From Gammaproteobacteria bacterium (lineage in GTDB: Bacteria > Pseudomonadota > Gammaproteobacteria > UBA5335 > SLRW01): a DNA stretch of 64,000 bases. This document shows, in pieces, positions 48,817 to 55,459 of this stretch (position 1 is its first letter; every line of letters starts with the position of its first letter). The position numbers and the translations under genes were made by a program. The stretch lies in NCBI GenBank assembly GCA_035638775.1, contig DASQZJ010000064.1:62453-126452 (forward strand). The letters run 5' to 3'. The notes under the pieces were generated by a model. That model was not told the DNA's origin. It did no database searches and saw only the letters and a program-made list of their open reading frames with translations.

Positions 48817-49506
48817 TCAGGAGAAATCCCCTTTTTCCAGCCTCTCCAGTGCATTACGGACGGCGTTCTCGGACTCGTTCAGGAGCCGCGCCAGCTCCGA
48901 AGGGGGGAGCATCGACCGGGGGCGGCCGGCGTCGACCGCGGCCGGTGTCGGGTCCTCCGCGGCCAGCCTCTGCAGCAGGGAGGAGAGCCGCGCGTCCAGC
49001 CCCGTGGCACGGTCGCTCGCGCCCTCTGCGCGCAGGGAGCGCATCCGCCGGGCGAGCAGGCCGGAGACGTGCCGGCAGAAGGCCAGGTCCGCATCCGCCC
49101 GCTCCAGGAACGCCGCCAGCGGGACCACGCAGAGCTCTGTCGCCAGCACCACGGTCGCATGATACTGCCACACCGGGTCGTCCAGTGCTCCCAGCCCCAG
49201 CATATCGCCGGCCCCCAGCAGGGCCACGGTGCGTTCGCCCGCGGGCGGGCCCCCGGCCCGCCACAGGCGCACCAGTCCGCGGCGGATACCGAAGACCCGT
49301 ACCGCGGGGGTGCCCGCGGTGACCAGCACGGCGCCCCGGGCGAGCCGCCGGCGGGATACGCCCGGTGCACCCGGCCCGTCCCGGTTGCAGAGGATCCCGC
49401 ACTCCGGCACCAGCCCGCAGCGCAGCGCCCCGGAAGCACCGTCCCGCCGCGAACTGCCCGCCTCGCGGTGCCCCCCGGCACCCTTTCCGCTGGTTTGCCC
49501 GGCCAT
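48817..49506 (-). CDS. CRP/FNR-family transcription regulator, FNR-like cysteine pattern
   Basis: ORF 48817..49506; cNMP-binding-fold core GAVLVTAGTPAVRVFGIRRGLVRL...ALLGAGDMLG; C-terminal HTH SELARLLNESENAVRNALERLEKG; N-terminal RCGLVPECGILCN plus ELCVVP. Confidence 0.8.
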   Translation of the reverse strand: MAGQTSGKGAGGHREAGSSRRDGASGALRCGLVPECGILCNRDGPGAPGVSRRRLARGAVLVTAGTPAVRVFGIRRGLVRLWRAGGPPAGERTVALLGAGDMLGLGALDDPVWQYHATVVLATELCVVPLAAFLERADADLAFCRHVSGLLARRMRSLRAEGASDRATGLDARLSSLLQRLAAEDPTPAAVDAGRPRSMLPPSELARLLNESENAVRNALERLEKGDFS

Positions 49507-49540
49507 CGCCAGAACCTATCCCAGCCCCTCGCGAGCCAAT

Positions 49541-49554
49541 CTGATCCAGGTCAA
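49541..49554. promoter_or_regulatory. Candidate FNR/CRP-family box CTGAT-ccag-GTCAA
   Basis: 8/10 match to TTGAT-N4-ATCAA; 35-48 nt upstream of the FNR-like ATG (minus) and just upstream of a candidate plus-strand promoter for the mrp-like cluster. Confidence 0.35.
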
Positions 49555-49575
49555 CCGCAGCCGGCCGCACCAGTG

Positions 49576-49605
49576 TTGACTTGCGCTGGGGGCGATGGTT
49601 AGGTT
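49576..49605 (+). promoter_or_regulatory. Candidate sigma70 promoter for the mrp-like cluster
   Basis: TTGACT (49576-49581) - 18 nt - TAGGTT (49600-49605); sequence match only; implies ~210-nt leader. Confidence 0.3.
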
Positions 49606-49709
49606 ATCCACCTTTGTCGGGCGAACGCCCGTTCGTAAATCGCTTCGCGCCGATGCTCGAGCCCGGCCGGGAGGAGACGATCAGCGGTCCGGGCGCTGCC
49701 CGGCCGTTA

Positions 49710-49733
49710 CTGACCCGGTCGGGGCCGGGTCAG
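49710..49733 (+). other. Perfect 9-bp hairpin in the mrp-like leader
   Basis: CTGACCCGG (49710-49718) tcgggg CCGGGTCAG (49725-49733); no T-tract after it; further hairpins at 49618-49631 and 49775-49794. Confidence 0.4.
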
Positions 49734-49825
49734 TGCGCCGCTTCGCCGACCAGGGCGCTTTCCGCGGCCCCGGCGGTTGCCGCATCCGGCAACCAACGAT
49801 TCCGTCGCCAAACAGGGGTAACATC

Positions 49826-50296
49826 GTGGCCCACCTCATCAGTCTGGGATTGGCCCTGGGTGTGTTGTGGATGCTCCTGTCCGGGGACACCCAGCCTTAC
49901 CTGCTGGCGCTGGGCGGCGGGTCCGTGCTGCTGGTCGCGTTGATCTCGCATCGCATGGACGTGGTCGACCGCGAGGGTCATCCGGTCCACCTGACGCCGA
50001 AAGCGATAGCCTACTGGTTGTGGCTGCTCCTCGAGATCGTCAAGGCCAATCTCGACGTGACCCGGCACATCCTGCGGCGGGACATGGGCATCTCGCCCAC
50101 CGTGTTCCGGGTCCGGGCCTCCCAGCACTCGGACCTTGGCCGGGTGATCTTCGCCAACTCGATCACCCTCACTCCGGGAACGGTGTCCCTGGAGGTGTAC
50201 CCCGACGAGATCGAGGTGCACGCGATTTCCCGCGACGCCGCGGACGGTCTGGCCGAGGGCGAGATGGACCGACGCGTCACGGCCTGGGAAGGCTGA
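49826..50296 (+). CDS. mrpE: Cation:proton antiporter subunit MrpE/MnhE
   Basis: ORF 49595..50296, start moved to in-frame GTG 49826 (VAHLISLGLALGVLWMLLSG) preceded by AGGGG; IFANSITLTPGTVSLEV signature. Confidence 0.8.
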   Translation: MAHLISLGLALGVLWMLLSGDTQPYLLALGGGSVLLVALISHRMDVVDREGHPVHLTPKAIAYWLWLLLEIVKANLDVTRHILRRDMGISPTVFRVRASQHSDLGRVIFANSITLTPGTVSLEVYPDEIEVHAISRDAADGLAEGEMDRRVTAWEG

Positions 50297-50300
50297 GCCG

Positions 50301-50591
50301 ATGGTCGCCGTGATCACCATCGCGATCCTGGTCACCATGCTGCTGTGCCTGGCGCGCGCGGTGCTGGGACCGACGGTGTACGACCGGATCCTGGCGATCA
50401 ACCTGTTCGGCTCTGCCACCGTGGTGATCATTGCGGCGCTGGGATTCCTCAACGGTCGGCCCCAATGGCTCGACATCGCGCTGGTCTATGCCCTGATCAA
50501 CTTCGTCAGCACCATCGCGGTGCTCAAGTTCATGGAGGGCTGGAACATGGGTGCCGCCCGGCGGGACCGCGACACCGGAGGCCGACGATGA
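50301..50591 (+). CDS. mrpF: Cation:proton antiporter subunit MrpF/MnhF
   Basis: ORF 50301..50591, 96 aa, three helices, GPTVYDRILAINLFGS typical MnhF. Confidence 0.8.
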   Translation: MVAVITIAILVTMLLCLARAVLGPTVYDRILAINLFGSATVVIIAALGFLNGRPQWLDIALVYALINFVSTIAVLKFMEGWNMGAARRDRDTGGRR

Positions 50592-50932
50592 TCCACCTGG
50601 TCGCGACCGGTCTTGCCTGGGCGTTCCTCGCGGGTGGCGCCTTCTTCCTGGTGGTGGGCGCCGTGGGGCTGTTGCGCTTCCCGGATTTCTTCACGCGCAT
50701 GCACGGCGCCGGGATCACCGACACCCTGGGTGTCGGCCTGACGCTGGTCGGCTTCTGCTTCCTTGCCGGCTGGTCGATGGCCACGATCAAGCTGCTGATC
50801 ATCCTGGCGTTCCTCTGGTTCACCAATCCCGTGGCCACGCACGCCCTCGCCAAGGCCGCGTTGCGCGACGGGCAGGTGCCGATCACCGCTGAGGACGAAG
50901 AGCAGGAGGAGGACGGGCCATCGGCGTCGTAG
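50588..50932 (+). CDS. mrpG: Cation:proton antiporter subunit MrpG/MnhG
   Basis: In-frame ATG 50588 within ORF 50345..50932 (ATGA overlap with mrpF stop); GAVGLLRFPDFFTRMHGAGITDTLG signature. Confidence 0.85.
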   Translation: MIHLVATGLAWAFLAGGAFFLVVGAVGLLRFPDFFTRMHGAGITDTLGVGLTLVGFCFLAGWSMATIKLLIILAFLWFTNPVATHALAKAALRDGQVPITAEDEEQEEDGPSAS

Positions 50933-51003
50933 TCGACATTTCGCTGCTCACCCTGCTCGGCATCACCGCGCTCACCATCATCCGCCTGCGCAGCCTGTTC
51001 GCG

Positions 51004-51480
51004 GTGGTGATGCTGGCCGGACTCTACAGCTTCGTATCGGCGGGGCTGTTCGTGGTGATGGACGCGGTCGACGTCGCCTTCACCGAAGCGGCGGTGGGTG
51101 CCGGCATCTCCACCGTGCTGATGCTGAGCACGCTCGCGCTGACTTCGCGGCGGTCCAAGCGGTCGATCCGCACCCGCGCCCTGCCGTTGCTGGTGGTGCT
51201 CGTCACCGGGACCGCGCTGATCTACGGCACCCTCGACATGCCCCATTACGGCAGCCCCGGGGCGCCGGCCAACCATCACGTGGCGCCGCGCTACCTGCGG
51301 GAGTCGATGCCCAAGACCAACGTCCCCAACGTCGTCACCTCGGTGCTGGCGAGCTATCGCGGCTACGACACGCTGGGAGAGACCACCGTCGTGTTCACGG
51401 CGGTGGTCGGGGTAACGATCCTGCTCGGGGTGCGGCGGCGGCGCCCCAACCGGCCGCGTGACGGGGGGGACGACTCATGA
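51004..51480 (+). CDS. DUF4040/MbhD-MbhE-like membrane subunit (MnhB-related, corresponds to C-terminal part of MrpA); true start probably upstream of 51004
   Basis: ORF 51004..51480 (GTG); VVMDAVDVAFTEAAVGAGISTVL and NVVTSVLASYRGYDTLGETTVVF motifs; frame is open from 50893 and 50932-51003 encodes a helix that looks like part of the domain (see findings). Confidence 0.7.
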   Translation: MVMLAGLYSFVSAGLFVVMDAVDVAFTEAAVGAGISTVLMLSTLALTSRRSKRSIRTRALPLLVVLVTGTALIYGTLDMPHYGSPGAPANHHVAPRYLRESMPKTNVPNVVTSVLASYRGYDTLGETTVVFTAVVGVTILLGVRRRRPNRPRDGGDDS

Positions 51481-51917
51481 CCGGGCACTTGGTCCTGCGC
51501 GTTGTCGCCAAGCTGCTGCTGCCGCTGATCCTGCTGTTCGCGCTGTACGTGCAGTTCCACGGGGATTTCGGCCCCGGGGGCGGCTTCCAGGCCGGCGTGA
51601 TCTTCGCCGCGGGCTTCATCCTCTACGCGCTGATCTTCGGCGTGCGCCAGGGACGCCGCGTGCTGCCGGGATGGCTCGCGCACAACCTGGTCGCGGTGGG
51701 CCTTCTGATCTACGCCGGCACCGGGGTGGCGACCCTGGCGCTGGGCGGCAACTTCCTCGACTACAACGTGCTCGCCCACGCGCCTGCGGAGGGCCAGGAA
51801 CTGGGGATCATGCTGATCGAGTTCGGCGTCGGGGTCGCCGTATCCAGCGCCATGATCATCATCGTCTACATGTTCGCCGGCCGCGGGGAAGACGACGGGG
51901 AAGAAGACCGCGAATGA
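51477..51917 (+). CDS. mrpB: Cation:proton antiporter subunit MrpB/MnhB
   Basis: ORF 51477..51917; LLLPLILLFALYVQFHGDFGPGGGFQAGVIFAAGFIL signature; ATGA overlap upstream. Confidence 0.85.
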   Translation: MTGHLVLRVVAKLLLPLILLFALYVQFHGDFGPGGGFQAGVIFAAGFILYALIFGVRQGRRVLPGWLAHNLVAVGLLIYAGTGVATLALGGNFLDYNVLAHAPAEGQELGIMLIEFGVGVAVSSAMIIIVYMFAGRGEDDGEEDRE

Positions 51918-52270
51918 GCACGTTCCTGGGCCTGTACAACTACTGGATCGTGGTGCTGCTGATGATGGGCGGCTTCTACGTCGTCATCGCCCAGGGCAAT
52001 CTGATCAAGAAAGTGGTCGGTCTGAACATATTCCAGACCTCCGTGTTCATTCTCTACATCAGCATGGGCAAGGTGCACGGGGCCACGGCCCCGATCATCG
52101 CCAGGGGATATCACCTCTACACCAACCCGATCCCCAGCGTGCTGATCCTGACCGCAATCGTCGTGGGCGTGGCGACCACCGCCGTGGGCTCGGCCCTGGT
52201 GGTCCGCATCTACGAGGCCTACGGCACGATGGAAGAAGACGAAATACACGATCAGGACAAGAGTCTGTGA
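51914..52270 (+). CDS. mrpC: Cation:proton antiporter subunit MrpC/MnhC (NuoK-like)
   Basis: In-frame ATG 51914 within ORF 51458..52270; NLIKKVVGLNIFQTSVFILYIS, LTAIVVGVATTAVGSALVVRIY. Confidence 0.85.
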   Translation: MSTFLGLYNYWIVVLLMMGGFYVVIAQGNLIKKVVGLNIFQTSVFILYISMGKVHGATAPIIARGYHLYTNPIPSVLILTAIVVGVATTAVGSALVVRIYEAYGTMEEDEIHDQDKSL

Positions 52271-53754
52271 CGTTCCACAACCTTCCCGCGCTACAGGTGG
52301 TGATCCCGCTGATCTCGGCGCCGCTGTGCTTTCTGCTGCGGCGGGCCACGCCCGCGTGGCTGCTGTCGGTGGCGGTGAGCTGGATCTGCCTGGCGATCTC
52401 GGTGTTGCTGCTGCGGCATGTGCTCGGTGTGGGCCCGATCTCGTACCACATGGGTGGCTGGATGCCGCCCTGGGGCATCGAGTACCGGGTCGACCTGCTC
52501 AACGCCTTCGTCCTGGTCCTGGTCTCCGGCATCGGTGCCGTGGTGCTTCCGTACGCCCGCCGCAGCGTGCTGTTCGAAGTGGGCAACCGTCGCGCCTATC
52601 TCTTCTACACGGCATTCCTGCTCTGCCTCACCGGGCTGCTGGGCATGACCACCACCGGCGACGCCTTCAACGTGTTCGTGTTCCTGGAGATCTCGTCGCT
52701 CGCCTCCTACATCCTGATCAGCATGGGGCGCGACCGGCGCGCGCTCACGGCGTCGTTCCAGTACCTGGTGATGGGCACCATCGGCGGCACCTTCATCCTG
52801 ATCGCGATCGGTTTCATGTACATCTCGACGGGGACCCTCAACATGGCCGATCTCGCCCGTCGCCTGCCGGAAGTGATGCAGATGCGCACCGTGCAGGTGG
52901 CCTTCGCCTTCTTCACCGTGGGCATCGGGCTCAAGCTGGCCATGTTCCCGCTGCACCTGTGGCTGCCCAACGCGTACACGTACGCCCCATCGGCCGCGAC
53001 CAGCTTCCTCGCCTCCACTTCCACCAAGGTGGCGATCTACCTGCTGCTGCGCTTCGCCTACGACGTGTTCGGCATGCCGTTCTCCTTCCACGCGATGCCG
53101 TTCGGCCCGATCCTGCTGGCGCTGAGCAGCATCGCCATCCTGTTCGCGTCGGTCGGCGCCATCTTCCAGAACAACATCAAGCGCATGTTCGCGTACTCCA
53201 GCGTCGCCCAGATCGGTTACATCACCCTGGGCATCGGGATGGCGACCGCCACCGGGCTCACCGCCGGGATCCTGCACCTGTTCAACCACGCCCTGATGAA
53301 AGGTGCGCTGTTCCTCGCCATCGGCTGCATCGTGCCCCGGCTGAATTCCATGCAGCTGGCCGACATGGCCGGCCTGGGACGCCGCATGCCGTGGACCATG
53401 GCCGCGATCGTGATCGCCGGCTTCAGCCTGGTGGGGATGCCGCTGACCGTGGGTTTCATCAGCAAGTGGTACCTGGTGATGGCAGCCCTGCAGAAGGGCT
53501 GGTGGTGGCTCGCGCTGCTGATCCTGGTCGGCTCGCTGCTGGCCCTGATCTACGTCTGGCGCGTGATCGAGGCCGCCTACCTGCGCGAGCCCAATCCCGG
53601 CCGTGACCTGACCGCCATCCGCGAGGCGCCACTGTCGATGCTGGTCCCGACATGGATCCTGGTGCTGGCGAATATCTGGTTCGGGATCAACCCGCATCTG
53701 ACCGTGGGGACGGCGGGACGCGCGGCGGCCATGCTCATGGGGCTGGGCTCATGA
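52267..53754 (+). CDS. mrpD: NuoL/M/N-type antiporter-like subunit (MrpD family), copy 1
   Basis: ORF 52267..53754 (GTG in GTGA overlap); 495 aa, ~14 helices, FVFLEISSLASYILI, KLAMFPLHLWLPNAY, YSSVAQIGYI. Confidence 0.88.
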   Translation: MTFHNLPALQVVIPLISAPLCFLLRRATPAWLLSVAVSWICLAISVLLLRHVLGVGPISYHMGGWMPPWGIEYRVDLLNAFVLVLVSGIGAVVLPYARRSVLFEVGNRRAYLFYTAFLLCLTGLLGMTTTGDAFNVFVFLEISSLASYILISMGRDRRALTASFQYLVMGTIGGTFILIAIGFMYISTGTLNMADLARRLPEVMQMRTVQVAFAFFTVGIGLKLAMFPLHLWLPNAYTYAPSAATSFLASTSTKVAIYLLLRFAYDVFGMPFSFHAMPFGPILLALSSIAILFASVGAIFQNNIKRMFAYSSVAQIGYITLGIGMATATGLTAGILHLFNHALMKGALFLAIGCIVPRLNSMQLADMAGLGRRMPWTMAAIVIAGFSLVGMPLTVGFISKWYLVMAALQKGWWWLALLILVGSLLALIYVWRVIEAAYLREPNPGRDLTAIREAPLSMLVPTWILVLANIWFGINPHLTVGTAGRAAAMLMGLGS

Positions 53755-55229
53755 CGCCCCAGGCCACCATGCTGGCGACCATCGTCGTACCGCTCGCCGC
53801 CTCGGTGCTGATCACGCGCGCCGGGCGCTGGCCCAACCTGCGCGAGGCGATCAGCGTGCTGACCACGCTGGCCCTGTTCGCCCTGGTGGTCAGCCTGCTC
53901 CCGTCCGTGCTCGCCGGCCACCGGCCGGCGCTCCAGCTGTTCCGGGTGCTGCCCGGGATCTCCCTGGGCTTCCGGCTGGAGCCCCTGGGCATGCTCTTCG
54001 CCCTGGTCGCGTCGGGCCTGTGGATCGCCACCGCGATTTACAGCATCGGCTACATGCGCGCCGAGCACGAATCACACCAGACGCGCTTCTACGCGTTCTT
54101 CCCGCTGGCGCTGGCCAGCGCCATGGGCATCGCCTTCGCCTCCAACCTGTTCACCCTGTTCGTTTTCTACGAGGCGCTGACCCTGTCCACCTATCCCCTG
54201 GTGATCCACAGGGAGACGCCGGAGGCCCGTCGCGCCGGGCGCGTCTACCTGGGGCTGCTGATGGGGACCTCGATCGGGTTGCTGCTGCTGGCGATCGTCT
54301 GGACCTGGGCCATCGCGGGCACGCTCAGCTTCCAGCCCGGCGGCATCCTCGCCGGACGCGTGCGGCACGCCGTGGTCCCGGTGCTGCTCGGGCTGTACCT
54401 GTTCGGCATCGGCAAGGCGGCGCTAATGCCCTTCCACCGCTGGCTGCCGTCGGCCATGGTCGCACCGACTCCCGTCAGCGCCCTGCTGCACGCGGTGGCG
54501 GTGGTCAAGGCCGGCGTGTTCACGGTGCTCAAGGTGGTGATCTACGTCTTCGGCACGCACCTGCTGACGCAGACCGGCGCCAGCGTATGGCTGATGTACG
54601 TGGCCGGCTTCACGCTGGTGACCGCCTCGCTGGTCGCGATGCTCCAGGACGACCTCAAGGCGCGGCTGGCCTACTCCACCGTCAGCCAACTCTCCTACAT
54701 CGTGCTCGGCGCCACCCTGGCCACCCGCTGGGGCATCATCGGCGGCAGCCTGCACCTGGTGATGCACGCCTTCGCCAAGATCACGCTGTTCTTCTGCGCC
54801 GGGGCGATCGCGGTCACCACGCACAAGACCCGCGTAAGCGAGCTCAACGGCATCGGCCGCCGGATGCCCGTGACCATGCTGGCGTTCCTGCTGGGAACCC
54901 TCAGCATCATCGGACTGCCCCCCGGCGGGGGCGCCTGGAGCAAGTGGCTGCTGGCGATGGGCACCATCGAGGCCCACCGGTACCTGCTGCTGGCGGCGCT
55001 GATGCTCAGCTCGCTGCTCAACATCGGCTACCTCATGACCATCGTGGCGCGCGCCTTCTTCCTGGCTCCCGGGGACGGCGGGGACGTGGCCGGCGTCCGC
55101 GAGGCGCCGCTTTTGTGCCTGGTGCCGCTCAGCATCACCGCGCTGGGCTGCGTGGTGCTGTTCTTCTATGCCCAGCCCATCGTGCACATGCTGATGCCGC
55201 TGGTGAACGCGACGGGGAGTGGCGGATGA
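53751..55229 (+). CDS. mrpD: NuoL/M/N-type antiporter-like subunit (MrpD family), copy 2
   Basis: In-frame ATG 53751 within ORF 53652..55229 (ATGA overlap); FVFYEALTLSTYPLV, KAALMPFHRWLPSAMVAPTPVSALLHAVAVVKAGV, YSTVSQLSYI. Confidence 0.88.
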   Translation: MTPQATMLATIVVPLAASVLITRAGRWPNLREAISVLTTLALFALVVSLLPSVLAGHRPALQLFRVLPGISLGFRLEPLGMLFALVASGLWIATAIYSIGYMRAEHESHQTRFYAFFPLALASAMGIAFASNLFTLFVFYEALTLSTYPLVIHRETPEARRAGRVYLGLLMGTSIGLLLLAIVWTWAIAGTLSFQPGGILAGRVRHAVVPVLLGLYLFGIGKAALMPFHRWLPSAMVAPTPVSALLHAVAVVKAGVFTVLKVVIYVFGTHLLTQTGASVWLMYVAGFTLVTASLVAMLQDDLKARLAYSTVSQLSYIVLGATLATRWGIIGGSLHLVMHAFAKITLFFCAGAIAVTTHKTRVSELNGIGRRMPVTMLAFLLGTLSIIGLPPGGGAWSKWLLAMGTIEAHRYLLLAALMLSSLLNIGYLMTIVARAFFLAPGDGGDVAGVREAPLLCLVPLSITALGCVVLFFYAQPIVHMLMPLVNATGSGG

Positions 55230-55459
55230 GCGAACGGCGCGACAGGCGGAACGGCCGGCGGGCCTTTGCCTGGACCTGGGCGATCGCCGCCCTGACCGTC
55301 CTGGCCGGCCTGTTCGTGGGCCGCCGCGCCGATTTCGCCGTGGAGGGCCTGTTCGGCTTCTACGCCGTCGCCGGCCTGGTCAGCAGTGCGCTGATCGCCG
55401 CCGGTGGCGCCCTGATCGCCCGGCTCGCGGGACGCGGAGAGGACTACTATGACGGCTGA
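55226..55459 (+). CDS. Small two-helix membrane protein (77 aa) inside the antiporter cluster
   Basis: In-frame ATG 55226 within ORF 54020..55459 (ATGA overlap with upstream stop; 11-nt overlap with next gene); RRAFAWTWAIAALTVLAGLFVG and FYAVAGLVSSALIAAGGALIA helices; coding status inferred from coupling only. Confidence 0.5.
   Translation: MSERRDRRNGRRAFAWTWAIAALTVLAGLFVGRRADFAVEGLFGFYAVAGLVSSALIAAGGALIARLAGRGEDYYDG

Noticed and set aside
42843-49322. Giant plus-strand ORF of 2159 aa spanning the TBDR, both CS-fold genes, the ThDP enzyme and part of the FNR-like gene
   Set aside because: It runs antisense to well-supported minus-strand genes. For most of its length it is codon-aligned antisense to them, where stops would require the rare sense codons TTA, CTA or TCA. 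The translation is Arg/Pro/Ala/Gly-rich low-complexity sequence with no recognisable domain. This is the expected artefact of very GC-rich DNA.
49595-49825. N-terminal 77-codon extension of the mrpE ORF
   Set aside because: The translation (MVRLSTFVGRTPVRKSLRADARARPGGDD...) is not protein-like, and it covers the candidate promoter and hairpins. The MrpE-like sequence begins at GTG 49826, which has an AGGGG upstream.
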